DNA from: an uncultured Verrucomicrobiae bacterium
GTDB taxonomy: Bacteria > Verrucomicrobiota > Verrucomicrobiia > Chthoniobacterales > Terrimicrobiaceae
DNA length: 64,000 bases
Assembly: GCA_963706955.1 (NCBI GenBank)
Contig: CAVPOC010000001.1
Span: 64,001 to 128,000, forward strand
Direction of reading: 5' to 3'
Below the pieces are notes generated by a model, which saw nothing but the letters and a program-made list of their open reading frames with translations, searched no databases and had not been told where the DNA came from. The translations under genes were made by a program, and so were the position numbers. Of the stretch, positions 1-10,247 are shown in pieces (within the stretch, counting starts at the first letter, position 1; the number at the start of each line of letters is the position of its first letter).

Positions 1-226
1 ACTCGCGTTCGAAGCGCTCGCGAAAGCCTGTGCCGCCAAGCCAGCTGAGCGCGGGATCAAGCCACCCCCAGCTGTCCCATTCCGAGATGGCGACCGGACT
101 GATGCGCATTCGCATTGCCGTCGCCGCGGCGAGCAGGAGGAGAAGAACGATCCAACCGAGAAGTCCGGGCAGCCTAACTACCCATCCCTCCCAGGAGCGA
201 GGGTTGGCGGAACGATCGACGCTCAA
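1..226 (-). CDS. N-terminal fragment of a putative integral membrane protein (runs off the window edge)
   Basis: Read by hand: TTG at 226, open to position 1 (LSVDRSANPRSWEGWVVRLPGLLGWIVLLLLLAAATAMRMRISPVAISEWDSWGWLDPALSWLGG...). It has a hydrophobic helix and follows the co-directional gene ending at 236. Confidence 0.5.
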   Translation of the reverse strand, partial: MSVDRSANPRSWEGWVVRLPGLLGWIVLLLLLAAATAMRMRISPVAISEWDSWGWLDPALSWLGGTGFRERFERE

Positions 227-235
227 AGGCGATGC

Positions 236-775
236 CTAGTAGTCTGGCATCAAGGCAAGTCCCTTGAGCGTGTTTTCATCGAACCGTCCGGTCTGGCGAA
301 ACCCAGCGCTGCGTTGCCAAGCTTTCAGCGACGCGACCAGCGTGCGGCTGGGCAGGCCATCGATCGGCCCTCGATAGTAACCGAGTAAGTTTAGATTCTT
401 TTGCGCCTGTCGAATGACAGTGATCTGGGTTTCGGGACCAACTGAAATAAAGGGACCACCCCTGAAAATCGTCGCAAGATCAACATAGCCCGGAGGAGCA
501 GAGCTCGGTCTTTTCAAGGGGCGCCATCTGGGGACCGCCACGCCCAACCGGCGAAGAGTTTGTGAGTTCAGTTCGCCGGTTACTTTCAACCGTTGGGCGA
601 TTTGAAAGCGGCGGATGGCTGCGGCGGTTTGGCTGCCCATTTGTCCATCAACGACGCCGCTATAGTAACCGAGTTGCTTAAGTTTGGTTTGGACGCCAAA
701 GACAATGTCATCCGCAACCGCGTTGGAGAGGGAAAGAGCGGCCAGGCAGACGAAAAGCCACACAAGCATCTTCAT
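236..775 (-). CDS. Secreted protein with two peptidoglycan-binding (PG_binding_1-like) domains
   Basis: Signal peptide MKMLVWLFVCLAALSLSNAVA, then two repeats of the Q..L..LGYY.G..DG..G..T..AI..FQ....L..TG motif; no catalytic domain seen. Confidence 0.85.
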   Translation of the reverse strand: MKMLVWLFVCLAALSLSNAVADDIVFGVQTKLKQLGYYSGVVDGQMGSQTAAAIRRFQIAQRLKVTGELNSQTLRRLGVAVPRWRPLKRPSSAPPGYVDLATIFRGGPFISVGPETQITVIRQAQKNLNLLGYYRGPIDGLPSRTLVASLKAWQRSAGFRQTGRFDENTLKGLALMPDY

Positions 776-785
776 AGTCGCGTTT

Positions 786-3278
786 CTAACTGTAGCTGCC
801 AGAGCGCGCAAGTCGCGGAGAGGCAGCTCCCGATCGGCAGAGAAGCAAAGTTCCGGGGGTGATCACCAGCACGGAGGCCAGCAGGCACCAGGCAACGCCG
901 ATCGCGCAGATGGTGCCCAGACCGGAAAGGGCAACGTTCTGCGCAAGCATGAGTGAACCAAAGCCGGTGGCCGTGGTCAAACCGCTCAGCACTATGGGTT
1001 TCAGCACGCCAGAAAGATTTGAGACGATATCGCCGCCTTCCTTCGCTGCCAGAATCAGATGTGTCCCATAGTCGACGCCCACCCCTAGCATCAAGGGAAA
1101 TGCCAAGACGTTCAGCAAGTTGATGGGAACGTCGACAAGCTTTAAAGTGGCAATGGTTCCCGCGCCAGCGGCGAGCAGGGAAATTGCGTGCAAAAGCCAG
1201 AATTGCGCGTTGCGGTAAACAATGCCCAAAATGATGAGGATGATGACAGAGACGGCTCCGCCGAATACGAAGAGCTCTCTGCGTGCCCAGGCAGTCAGAC
1301 TCGTGAGTGCCTGGCTCCAGCCAGTCACCAGGGCGGAGGGCACAGCCGCCTCCACCAGCTCGGCGATCCGTTCGCGTTGCATTCCGGTAATCTGGGGCTG
1401 AGTGCGAGCATAAGCGATCGCCGCACGCGAATCCGGCGAAAGCATCCTGTCGAAAAGAAACCACCACGGAGAGGTGGATGACAAGAACCGCGACCAGGAG
1501 AGGCTCGAGTTGTCAATCTCTCCAAGACCTTCGAGAACTTTGAACGTTTCGGTGAAAGCGGAGGCGGTCAATCCGGAATCCGCGATGGCCTGCTCGAAGG
1601 CCCTTCGAGAGGCGATCAGGTCGCTCGAGCGTGCATATTCCGCGTTTGTTCGGATACGTTCGGGATCGAGGACAAGAGCCGAGGGCGACGAACTCGTCTC
1701 AATGAGATCTTCATCCTTGAGTTGCTTGAGGACGCGGCCCAGCGCTGCTAAGTCGCGAGGTTCCGCGTTGGGCAGGACAATCATCACCGGTTCGAGCGTC
1801 GCCGGGAATTTTTGCATCATCAGCGCCAGCGCCTTTGCGGCGGGGATGTTGCGCGGTTCTAAGGAGGCTGGTGAAATATCAAAGCGAAGGGTGCGCCATG
1901 GCGCAAAGCTGAGGATCGTCGCACAGACGAAAAGAATGAGTGCATAGAGAAGGATGCGGCCTGGCGCCTGCAGGCAGTGGCGAACAAACGCGCGGGCCGC
2001 TCCCACTGAAGCGGAAGTGGGCGTCGGTCTATTTCCGAGGAATAGAAACAGAAAGAGCGGCATGAGCACGGCGCAGAGGAACACGCCCAGCGCGACCAGA
2101 ACTCCCAATTGGGCGAAGCCATTCGACCCACTAAAGCAGAGCGCGAGAAAACCGATCCCCGTGGTGATAGCCACCCAGAGAATCCCCGGCGCGCAATGGC
2201 TGATAGACTCGGTAATGGCGCCTTCGCGGCTGATGCCTCCGTTTCGCGACTGGTAATAACGTTGACAAAGAAGCAAGCTAAAATCATCACCAAGTCCAAA
2301 GAGGATCGAGCAAAAGCTGATCGCAATGATGTTGAGCCTGTCGAAATAAAGGGTCCCGCAGGCCATCGTGGCGATGGCAGTGAGCGCCAGGAGCAACGCA
2401 ATGCCGATCAGTGGGAGAAGCCGGCGAAAGCCCACCCAAAACAGCCCGGTGACGCAAAGAAGCGAAACCACTGAAGTGGTAGCTATGTCGCGCTGCATGC
2501 TCGCTTCAATCTCGTCGACATAGGCGGACCGGCCGGTGACGGCAATTTCCGGACCGTTGCGCCCGAGCTCATGGTTGATTTCAGTGATGAATTGACGCAC
2601 TTGCCGCATGGTTGCGCGGCACGCTTCGGCTGATAATTCACTCTGATTTGTAATCACGGGAATGATCATCGTCGTCCCGTCGGCAGAGGTAAGATTGAAT
2701 GTCTCGGAGATGGCGACGGACTCCCAGACCGGGTGGGCAGCACGAACCGCTAGGCCGAGTGGATCGTTTTCGAGCTCGAAGCGTGCTCGCGGTGAGCCGG
2801 CCGCCATTTGCGCCGCAAGCCGTCCAATCCGCTCTTGAATTGCCTCCGGCGAAAGGTCGTGTATCGCATCCGCAAACTGCTCGGCAGGGAGATTGAGCAA
2901 GAGCGGAACCAGGATCTCATGAATACTCTTGCGGCCGGCAGATGCTTCCAGCGGTGGAGCATCGAGCACTCGATGCACCCATGATTGGCTGCGAAGACGC
3001 TCCACGAAGATCTCGCGGAATGCATCGCCATCCGCAGGAGCGTTTTCCCAAGTGAGCAGGAAAGCGAGTTCGCGTGCTTGGGTGAACGCGCTGTTGTAGA
3101 TCTTCAGGCCTTGAACGGCTGGATTGTTGGCCGGCAAGAGATTCAAGATGTCCGAGTCGAAGGCCTTCTGCGAGGTGATGATTGTCGCGGAACCTGCGGC
3201 CAGCAATAACCCAGCCATCGCCATCACCATCGGTCGGCGGACGACCAGGTGAGCAATGACAGCAGCGACGCGATGCAT
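786..3278 (-). CDS. MMPL/RND-family lipid exporter (HpnN-like)
   Basis: 830 aa; two halves of TM, large loop, then 5 TMs; RND motifs GLGDDFS and GVGVDYG; TTxxGF motifs. Confidence 0.85.
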   Translation of the reverse strand: MHRVAAVIAHLVVRRPMVMAMAGLLLAAGSATIITSQKAFDSDILNLLPANNPAVQGLKIYNSAFTQARELAFLLTWENAPADGDAFREIFVERLRSQSWVHRVLDAPPLEASAGRKSIHEILVPLLLNLPAEQFADAIHDLSPEAIQERIGRLAAQMAAGSPRARFELENDPLGLAVRAAHPVWESVAISETFNLTSADGTTMIIPVITNQSELSAEACRATMRQVRQFITEINHELGRNGPEIAVTGRSAYVDEIEASMQRDIATTSVVSLLCVTGLFWVGFRRLLPLIGIALLLALTAIATMACGTLYFDRLNIIAISFCSILFGLGDDFSLLLCQRYYQSRNGGISREGAITESISHCAPGILWVAITTGIGFLALCFSGSNGFAQLGVLVALGVFLCAVLMPLFLFLFLGNRPTPTSASVGAARAFVRHCLQAPGRILLYALILFVCATILSFAPWRTLRFDISPASLEPRNIPAAKALALMMQKFPATLEPVMIVLPNAEPRDLAALGRVLKQLKDEDLIETSSSPSALVLDPERIRTNAEYARSSDLIASRRAFEQAIADSGLTASAFTETFKVLEGLGEIDNSSLSWSRFLSSTSPWWFLFDRMLSPDSRAAIAYARTQPQITGMQRERIAELVEAAVPSALVTGWSQALTSLTAWARRELFVFGGAVSVIILIILGIVYRNAQFWLLHAISLLAAGAGTIATLKLVDVPINLLNVLAFPLMLGVGVDYGTHLILAAKEGGDIVSNLSGVLKPIVLSGLTTATGFGSLMLAQNVALSGLGTICAIGVAWCLLASVLVITPGTLLLCRSGAASPRLARSGSYS

Positions 3279-3324
3279 GATGGCAGTCAGAGGGCTCGGG
3301 AGATACGTTGCCGTTCCCGTGGTC

Positions 3325-4453
3325 TTAGACGTTGAAGCGAAACTCCATCACGTCTCCGTCTTGGACAAGATAGTCTTTGCCTTCGATGCGAAGCTTGCCA
3401 GCCTCGCGCGCTTTAGTTTCCGAGCCGAAAGCAATCAGTTCATCGAAAGCGATGGTTTGAGCGGCGATAAATCCTCGTTCGAAATCGCTGTGAATCACTC
3501 CCGCAGCAGCAGGTGCCTTGTCGCCCGCATGAATTGTCCAAGCCCGTGTTTCTTTCGGACCGGTTGTAATATAGGTGCGCAGTCCGAGAAGGTGATACAC
3601 CGCACGGATCAACTGGCTGACTCCGCTGTCGGCGACACCAAGATCAGCGAGAAACTCGCGCGCCTCATCAGCCGGGAGTTCGGCCAACTCGCTCTCGATC
3701 TGTGCGCTGATCACAATTGTCTCCACTTGAGGCATATTGTCTGCCACAGCGCCCGCATTCTGCGCCGTCGCGAACTCGCGAACGGCTTGGATATGTTTGC
3801 TTTCAGGTTGCGAAAGCTCGCTTTCCGCGACATTGCAGGCATAGATCGTCGGCTTTGAGGTCAGGAGGAAGAAGCCGCGCAAAATGGCTCTTTCGTTCTC
3901 GCTGAACGGCGCGGTGAGCGCAGATCTGCCCGCATTGAGATGCGGGCAGGATCTTTTCGCACAAGCTGAGTTCGGCCTTGGCGATCTTGTCCCCGGCGCG
4001 AGCGCCCTTTTGGAGGCGCTCAGAACGCTTCCTCACCGAGACAAGGTCAGCCAGAATGAGTTCCGTGGCGATTATTTCAATGTCACGAACAGGATCGATC
4101 GATCCGGTGACATGGTGGATGTCGGCATTCTCAAAACAGCGGACTACCTGAACAATTGCGTCGACCTCACGAATGTGGCTAAGAAACTGATTGCCGAGTC
4201 CCTCGCCCTCACTGGCTCCCTTCACCAGGCCCGCGATATCGACGAATTCGATCGCTGTCGGAATGATCTTCTGGGATTTCGAGAGCGCGGCGAGCTTTTC
4301 CAGACGTTCGTCGGGCACGCTGACGATGCCGAGATTTGGCTCGATTGTGCAGAAGGGAAAATTTGCGGCATGGGCCTTCCGGGTGCGAGTGACTGCATTG
4401 AAGAGAGTGGACTTGCCAACGTTGGGTAGTCCGACGATTCCGGCTTTGAGCAT
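3325..4453 (-). CDS. ychF: Redox-regulated ATPase YchF (one frameshift near 3945)
   Basis: [32 protein letters not shown] and C-terminal [19 protein letters not shown]. Removing one base near 3945 restores LPHLNAG. Confidence 0.95.
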
Positions 4454-4540
4454 CAGGCGGGGAAAGCTACCGAATCGCAGACCAGAGGCAAGTGCGAGGA
4501 ATATGGCGGCACCCTTGATCAGGTGTGTGATACTCGCCGG

Positions 4541-5281
4541 ATGAAGTTACAAGAAATCGTCAGCTATCAAAATGATTTGCTGCGCATCACGGAATTCGAC
4601 GACTACCCGAATGCGCTCAACGGCCTGCAACTGCAAAACTCCGGAATGGTCACGAAGGTTGCCGTGGCGGTGGATGCATGCGAGCCCGTCCTCGAGATGG
4701 CTGTCGCCGACGGGGCGGATCTCCTCATCGTGCATCACGGGCTCCTTTGGGGAGGCCTGCAGAGTTTTACTGGGCCGTTCTATCGCAAGCTGAAGCTGGC
4801 GATCTCGAACAACATCGCCATCTACAGTGCTCACCTTCCGTTGGACGCTCATCCCCGTTACGGAAATAATGCCTTGCTCTGCGACGCACTCTGCTTTCCA
4901 GAGGCGCGGAGTAGCTTTCTCCAGATCGGATTTCAAGTTGACCTGCAAATCGAACGCGACCTGCTTAGAAAAAATCTCGAGAGAGCCGTTGCCGGGAAAG
5001 TGCACCTTGCTCCCGGTGGGCCGGCAGTCAGCCGGAGAATCGGCCTGGTGACTGGAGCAGCGGGTGGAGAGGTCGTCAAGGCCGCCGAAGAAGGCATCGA
5101 TACTTTCATCACCGGTGAAGGCCCTCATTGGTCGTTTACCGCCGCCGAAGAACTCGGCGTGAATCTATTTTACGCTGGACACTACGCGACTGAAGTCTTC
5201 GGAGTGCAAGAGCTTGGCAGGTTATTGGAAGTAAAATTCAATCTTCCATGGATGTTCCTGCATCACCCGACAGGACTGTAG
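4541..5281 (+). CDS. Nif3-like dinuclear metal-centre protein (YbgI/DUF34 family)
   Basis: [36 protein letters not shown] motifs. Confidence 0.92.
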   Translation: MKLQEIVSYQNDLLRITEFDDYPNALNGLQLQNSGMVTKVAVAVDACEPVLEMAVADGADLLIVHHGLLWGGLQSFTGPFYRKLKLAISNNIAIYSAHLPLDAHPRYGNNALLCDALCFPEARSSFLQIGFQVDLQIERDLLRKNLERAVAGKVHLAPGGPAVSRRIGLVTGAAGGEVVKAAEEGIDTFITGEGPHWSFTAAEELGVNLFYAGHYATEVFGVQELGRLLEVKFNLPWMFLHHPTGL

Positions 5282-5352
5282 TTTTAGTCTCGCGCAAGCC
5301 GATTCTGTGTTCACCTGCCGCTAGCTGAGCATGCGTTCTGATCCGGACTCAG

Positions 5353-5391
5353 AAAAAAGGACGGGAGCGGCGCCTTGCGGCGTCACTCCCG
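5353..5391 (-). terminator. Rho-independent terminator downstream of rnpB
   Basis: Minus strand reads CGGGAGTGACGCC-GCAA-GGCGCCGCTCCCG followed by TCCTTTTTT. Confidence 0.75.
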
Positions 5392-5396
5392 CTGAT

Positions 5397-5840
5397 TTGA
5401 TGGCTATAAGCCGGATTTTGTTCTCCACCCGTTTTCGACGAAATGGAGAGGCGGTCATTTATCTTGCTCCGGCACTTTGAGGGACCGGAGCAGCTCTTGA
5501 GAGCCGCGACTATTACCCGAAGGTGGTCTCCCGTTAATGGGACCGGGCAGGCGACCCATCCCTTCTGTTTTGTCTTGCACCGCGGAGGGTTTGTCGTGCC
5601 CCCGTGCTTACGCTTGGGGCGGTGGGCTCTTACCCCGCCGTTTCACCCTTGCTTTCTCGGCCTGCTCTAGCGATCGCTCGCCAGGGTCCGGCGCGATGAA
5701 GCGGTCTGTTTTCTGTGACACTTTCCGTCGCAAAGAACTTTCGTTCAGCGCGCCCTTGCTTTCGCAAGGTGGGCTGCCTTATGGTGTCCGGACTTTCCTC
5801 TCCGGTTTCTTGCGTCCCCGGAGCGACCGCCCGCCAACAA
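5397..5840 (-). ncRNA. rnpB: RNase P RNA, bacterial type A
   Basis: Minus strand carries the conserved regions in order: GAGGAAAGUCC (~5790-5800), GGAAAGUGUCACAG, GGGUGAAACGG..GGUAAGAGC and 3' GAACAAAAUCCGGCUUAU. Ends are approximate. Confidence 0.95.
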
Positions 5841-5955
5841 GATGAGCATACCTGCGCGCTGCGATCATTCAAGGGAGAGGTTCGTAAGCTGGAAAACCGG
5901 GATGCTTGGTGGCGCGTAAGAAGAGGATTGACTCGCGAGGCGTCGCCATTGAGCG

Positions 5956-7789
5956 TTGCCGATCCAAGATCCGTCCCATTGGAGAGTGTTGGAAATTCAA
6001 CGACCGCGAAATCTTGATTGGCAGCGTGCCTCGGCGCTGCTCTATGGCGACTGGGGAACCAGCAAGGCCTATGTCATTGGTCTGGCCTTCGTGGCCGCCG
6101 GCTATTCGTCGCTTCCGATCATCCTGGCGGTTTGCCTTTTGACGGCTCTCGTCGGGTTCAACTACGTGGTTGTCTGCCGCGCTTTCCCGGAAGGCGGCGG
6201 AGTCTACTCTGCGGCGAAGGCACAAGGGAGGTTGCTGGCGGTGGTGGGAGCTTTGTTGCTTGTCGCGGATCTCACGGTCACCGCGGCATTGAGCGGCTGG
6301 GCTGCGCTGAGCTACCTCGGCGTTCCGCAAGACCGGGTGATGGTGAGCACGATCGCCTCCATTTTTCTGGTCGGAGTTCTCAACTATTTCGGTCCGCGCC
6401 ATAGTGGAAGTGTTGCCATTGCGTTGGCGATTCCCACGGTGGTCGTGGTGGCCGCCATCATCCTCGTGGCGGGGCCGCACTTTACCTTGCGATATCTCGA
6501 GCCTCCGCACGAGGATTTCGGAAATGCGTGGGTGGCTTTTGTGGGTGTAATCCTGGCCCTGAGCGGCGTGGAAGCCATCGCCAATCTCACGGGCACGCTG
6601 AAGCCAGATCGCGGCTCGGTGATTGGCCATCCGAAGGTTGGTCGATCCGCTTTCAAGGCCATCTTGCCTGTAGCCATCGAAGTGAGTCTCGGAACTGCGC
6701 TGCTCGGCTGGGCAATGTTGTCCCTGCCAAAACACTTTGCTCCGCAGATGGTGGAACGAAAGGAGGACATGCTGCGGTTCCTTGCGGAGACGTATGGCAC
6801 GATGAATTTCGGCATCGCCTTTGGCCACATCTTTGGCTTCATCGTGGGGCTGGTCTTTGCATTTACTGTTGCTCAGCGCGGTGAACACGGCCATCGCCGC
6901 CTTGATCGGGCTGTTGTTTATGATGTCTCGCGAAGGCGATATGCCACGTTCATTCGCGCAGCTCAGCTCGCATGGCGTTCCGCTGATTCCGTTGGCCATT
7001 GCGGTGGGGATGCCGATTATCGTTCTGCTGGTCACCGACAATTTCGAAGCGCTGGCCGGCTTGTATGCCATCGGCGTGGTGGGTGCGATCTGTGTGAACC
7101 TGGGGTCCTGCTCGTTCAACATGAAGATCGAGATGCATTGGTTTGAGCGGGTGACGATGATAGCGACCTTTCTCATCCTCATCGCCGTCGAGCTGACGCT
7201 CGCGAAGACAAAGCACGAAGCTCTCTTTTTCGTGACGTGTGTGCTCGTTGTCGGATTGTTCCTGTGGGCATACTCTCAGCGCCTGAGCGGGACACGAACG
7301 CTGACGGTCACCAAGGAGTTCGCCGATATTGTCAAACCTGAGGTCGTCGAGCGGATGTCGCAGATCTCAGGCGGAACCGAGAAGATCCTCGTCTGCGTGC
7401 GAGGTCTAACGCCGGTGCTTCGTTTTGCCTTCGATGAAGCAAAGCTTCGCGACGCGTCACTTTACGTTCTCTACATTCGCGAGATCGCGGTGCTCTACAC
7501 GGGGGGATCGGTGCCGGGGGCCAACTGGAAGGAGGATCCCGAGGCAAGCGCGATTCTCGGCACCGCGATTCAAATTGGAAAGCATCGTGGTGTGGCGACG
7601 ATCCCTTTGTTTGTGAGCGCTCCGAACGCGGCATCGATCATTGTGGATATGGCTGCGACGCTCGGGGTCGATTTCCTGATGTTGGGTGGAACCCATCGCG
7701 GGGCGATGAGCAAGTTGCTGCGAGGAAGCGTCGTCTCAGAGGTAGCTTCAAGTCTTCCCGATAACATCGAGCTGATCATTTACGGCTGA
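5956..7789 (+). CDS. APC-superfamily permease with C-terminal USP-like domain, KimA/Kup-like (frameshift near 6862)
   Basis: About 12 TM; LYGDWGTSKAY, FPEGGGVY, ADLTVTAALS, LSGVEAIAN; USP-like tail (GGTHRGAMSKLLRGSV). Removing one T at 6861-6863 joins the two ORFs. Confidence 0.85.
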
Positions 7790-8478
7790 TCGGCGCCAAA
7801 CAGCTTAGCCTTCACGGCTGCCTCAGAACCGTCGGAGAAAGATTCGGCACGCTTTGCAAGAAAAGCGTCGGTCAAAATCGCCGCGGTCTGCTCAACAGTC
7901 CATGATCGGCCGGTCTCGCCCTCCAGGCAGGTCATCTCTACGCCGACAATTCCACACGGCGTGATGTGCTGAAAAGGTTCCAGCGAGCACCGTTCCACAT
8001 TGAGGGCCAGTCCGTGCATGGTCACCCAGCGTCGGACGCCAATTCCAATCGAGGCAATTTTCTTACTGCCGACCCACACACCTGTGAGCCCGTCGCGGCG
8101 ATTGGCTGCCACGCCCAGTTCGCTACAGGTGCGAATGATAATCTCCTCTAGAAACCGCATGTAGCGGTGCAGGTCGCGTCCGCGGCATTCGAGGTCCAGG
8201 ATTGGGTAGGCGACCAACTGCCCTGGGCCGTGCCAGGTGGCTTGTCCGCCTCGATTAATCTCGAAGACGGGGTAGGGGAGAGCCTTCGAACCGCCAAGGC
8301 TGGATTGATTGCGGGTTCGGCCGATCGTATAAACTGCTTCGTGTTCAAGCAGGAGAAGCTTTTCGCTACCGGCGCCAGCGAGATAGTCAGCAACGACCCG
8401 GTTTTGCAGATCCAGGGCGCTTCCGTACTCCACGCGACCAAGCCAGCGCACGTCGATCGACTTCATTGTATCCTCCAT
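7780..8478 (-). CDS. lipB: Lipoyl(octanoyl) transferase
   Basis: LLEH..VYTIG, RGGQATWHGPGQLV.YP, KIASIG, HGLALNV, ITPCG. Confidence 0.95.
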   Translation of the reverse strand: MEDTMKSIDVRWLGRVEYGSALDLQNRVVADYLAGAGSEKLLLLEHEAVYTIGRTRNQSSLGGSKALPYPVFEINRGGQATWHGPGQLVAYPILDLECRGRDLHRYMRFLEEIIIRTCSELGVAANRRDGLTGVWVGSKKIASIGIGVRRWVTMHGLALNVERCSLEPFQHITPCGIVGVEMTCLEGETGRSWTVEQTAAILTDAFLAKRAESFSDGSEAAVKAKLFGADQP

Positions 8479-8540
8479 TCGTAAACCTGGAGATCAGGCG
8501 TTCGCAAAATGATCGCACATTGTGGTGGTCAACGCTTGTC

Positions 8541-8567
8541 CGGCGGTGGGGGGAGACCGCCGCTACA
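8541..8567 (-). repeat. GTAG-type REP palindrome
   Basis: Minus strand reads TGTAG + CGGCGGT-N8-ACCGCCG hairpin in the ruvC-lipB gap. Confidence 0.6.
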
Positions 8568-8610
8568 TCAACGATCGGCTACGCATTTCGGAGTGTCTCA
8601 CGAGGACAAT

Positions 8611-9123
8611 TCAGATCGTAGAAAGATTTGTTTTCCTGGCCCGAGCGGCATCGAGGGCTTGGAAATGGGTTATACCGATGGCGATGGCATCGGCAGCATC
8701 TGCAGGGGGAGTATCTCGCATCCCCAAAAGCACGCGCACCATGAAGGCCACCTGGCGCTTGTCTGCGGCGCCGCGTCCCACCACCGCCTGCTTTACGCGG
8801 CGCGGCGCGTATTCATGCACTGGCAAGCTCCGCATCGACGCGGCCAGAATGACGGCGGCACGAGCAGCTCCGAGAGTGATTGCCGTCTGATAGCTTTGCA
8901 CGTAAATAATGCCTTCGACGGCCATGGCTTGCGGTGCATGCTGGCGAATGATTGCGCTGATCCCTTCGTGAAGCGCGAGCAGGCAATCGGAGGCTGGCCT
9001 GCGCGCGTCATTTCGTATCACACCAAATGTCGTGCAAGCCACTTTGTCGCGGTCGCGTGTGAGCACGGCAAAGCCGGCTGCACGCAATGCCGGATCAACA
9101 GCCACTATTGTTTCGAAGCCCAT
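8611..9123 (-). CDS. ruvC: Holliday junction resolvase RuvC
   Basis: IVAVDP (catalytic D), MAVEG (E), EYAP..VKQAVVG.G.ADK.QV..MV, DAADAIAI. Confidence 0.93.
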   Translation of the reverse strand: MGFETIVAVDPALRAAGFAVLTRDRDKVACTTFGVIRNDARRPASDCLLALHEGISAIIRQHAPQAMAVEGIIYVQSYQTAITLGAARAAVILAASMRSLPVHEYAPRRVKQAVVGRGAADKRQVAFMVRVLLGMRDTPPADAADAIAIGITHFQALDAARARKTNLSTI

Positions 9124-10054
9124 CGTCAAGGAACTCGTCGATTCTGGCAAGGACGGTCAAAGTTTCCAAATCCGAAAGTTGCCCACTTGGAGGCTGAAGC
9201 ACGCAGACTCCGCGGTTCGCCGGTCTCCACACTTGCGAGTCGGTCGGTCCAAAGAGAAGCAGACACGAAGCTCCCGCTGCTGCTGCGAGATGTGAGATGC
9301 CGCTATCGTGGCCGACGAAGAACGCAGATTGGGAAAGGATAGCCCCAAGCAACGGAAGCGGCAGGTTTTTCAGGAAGCTCTGTCGTTTCGTCCCGATCGC
9401 CAGCCTCATTTGCGCAAGTTGTTGCGAGTCGCTCTCTCCGCCAATGACTAAGAGGTGACCGATGCGGTCATCCTCAAGAATTTTCCTCTGCACCGCAAGC
9501 CAACCCTCAACGGGCCAGTTCTTTCTCTGGCCTCCACTACCTGGATGGATGGTCATGAGCGGTCTGCGAAGTGTTGCGAGAAGGTCCTGGGCGGCGGCGA
9601 GATCTTTGCTCGAAGGAAAGATTCGCGCCGCCGGATCCTGCAGCTTCAATCCTAATCGCTCCAATGGTGCAGCAAGTTGGAGCGCTGCATGCCGGTGCTC
9701 AGCGATTTTCGGCGAAGCACAAATAAGATTTCGCGCACCGGCGCGTCGCAGACCCGCTTCGAAGAGTCCATCCGGATCATAGATATAACTGACGATCTGC
9801 CCAAATCCGGCAAAGTAGTCGCATAGTTCCTGGTCCAGAGAGGCGCGAGGATTGAAGAGGCCGGCGAGAGGTCCATAATCAATCGACCGGATGGAATCGG
9901 CATAGTATCCCTCAGCCAAGATCGCAATGTGGCGATAACCGAGGATGTGGAGCGCGCAGTTGCGAAAGTTGTCGCGGAGCAGCCGGATGGCCGGCAAGGT
10001 CAGAATGAAATCGCCCAAGGCTCCGCCGCGAATCACCAGAATGCGGCCAGGCAT
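9095..10054 (-). CDS. Glycosyltransferase family 9 (ADP-heptose:LPS heptosyltransferase-like)
   Basis: ILVIRGGALGD, IHPGSG..KNWP, VGHDSGISHLAAA, LFGPT. Confidence 0.9.
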   Translation of the reverse strand: MPGRILVIRGGALGDFILTLPAIRLLRDNFRNCALHILGYRHIAILAEGYYADSIRSIDYGPLAGLFNPRASLDQELCDYFAGFGQIVSYIYDPDGLFEAGLRRAGARNLICASPKIAEHRHAALQLAAPLERLGLKLQDPAARIFPSSKDLAAAQDLLATLRRPLMTIHPGSGGQRKNWPVEGWLAVQRKILEDDRIGHLLVIGGESDSQQLAQMRLAIGTKRQSFLKNLPLPLLGAILSQSAFFVGHDSGISHLAAAAGASCLLLFGPTDSQVWRPANRGVCVLQPPSGQLSDLETLTVLARIDEFLDDGLRNNSGC

Positions 10055-10070
10055 GAGCGCTGACGAAACT

Positions 10071-10244
10071 CTATGGTGTTCCCTGGATTTGCGTGCCGAT
10101 CATGCCGGGACCTTCCCAGGACTGCGGCCTGTTCCACGGAAGAGTGCCTCCGGCTTCTTGGGCAGCGCGTCTCTCTTCGTCTTGCGCACAGCCGACGAGC
10201 CACAGCGCCAGGACGCTGCACAAGGTCAGACAAATCAAACGCAT
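10071..10244 (-). CDS. Small lipoprotein, 57 aa, absent from the ORF track
   Basis: Hand translation: MRLICLTLCSVLALWLVGC-AQDEERRAAQEAGGTLPWNRPQSWEGPGMIGTQIQGTP*. Lipobox LVGC; it fills the gap between two co-directional genes. Confidence 0.75.
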   Translation of the reverse strand: MRLICLTLCSVLALWLVGCAQDEERRAAQEAGGTLPWNRPQSWEGPGMIGTQIQGTP

Positions 10245-10247
10245 GAA

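Noticed and set aside
5443..6017. Several short ORFs in the track between the Nif3-like gene and the permease
   Set aside because: They overlie the RNase P RNA gene and show no protein motifs.
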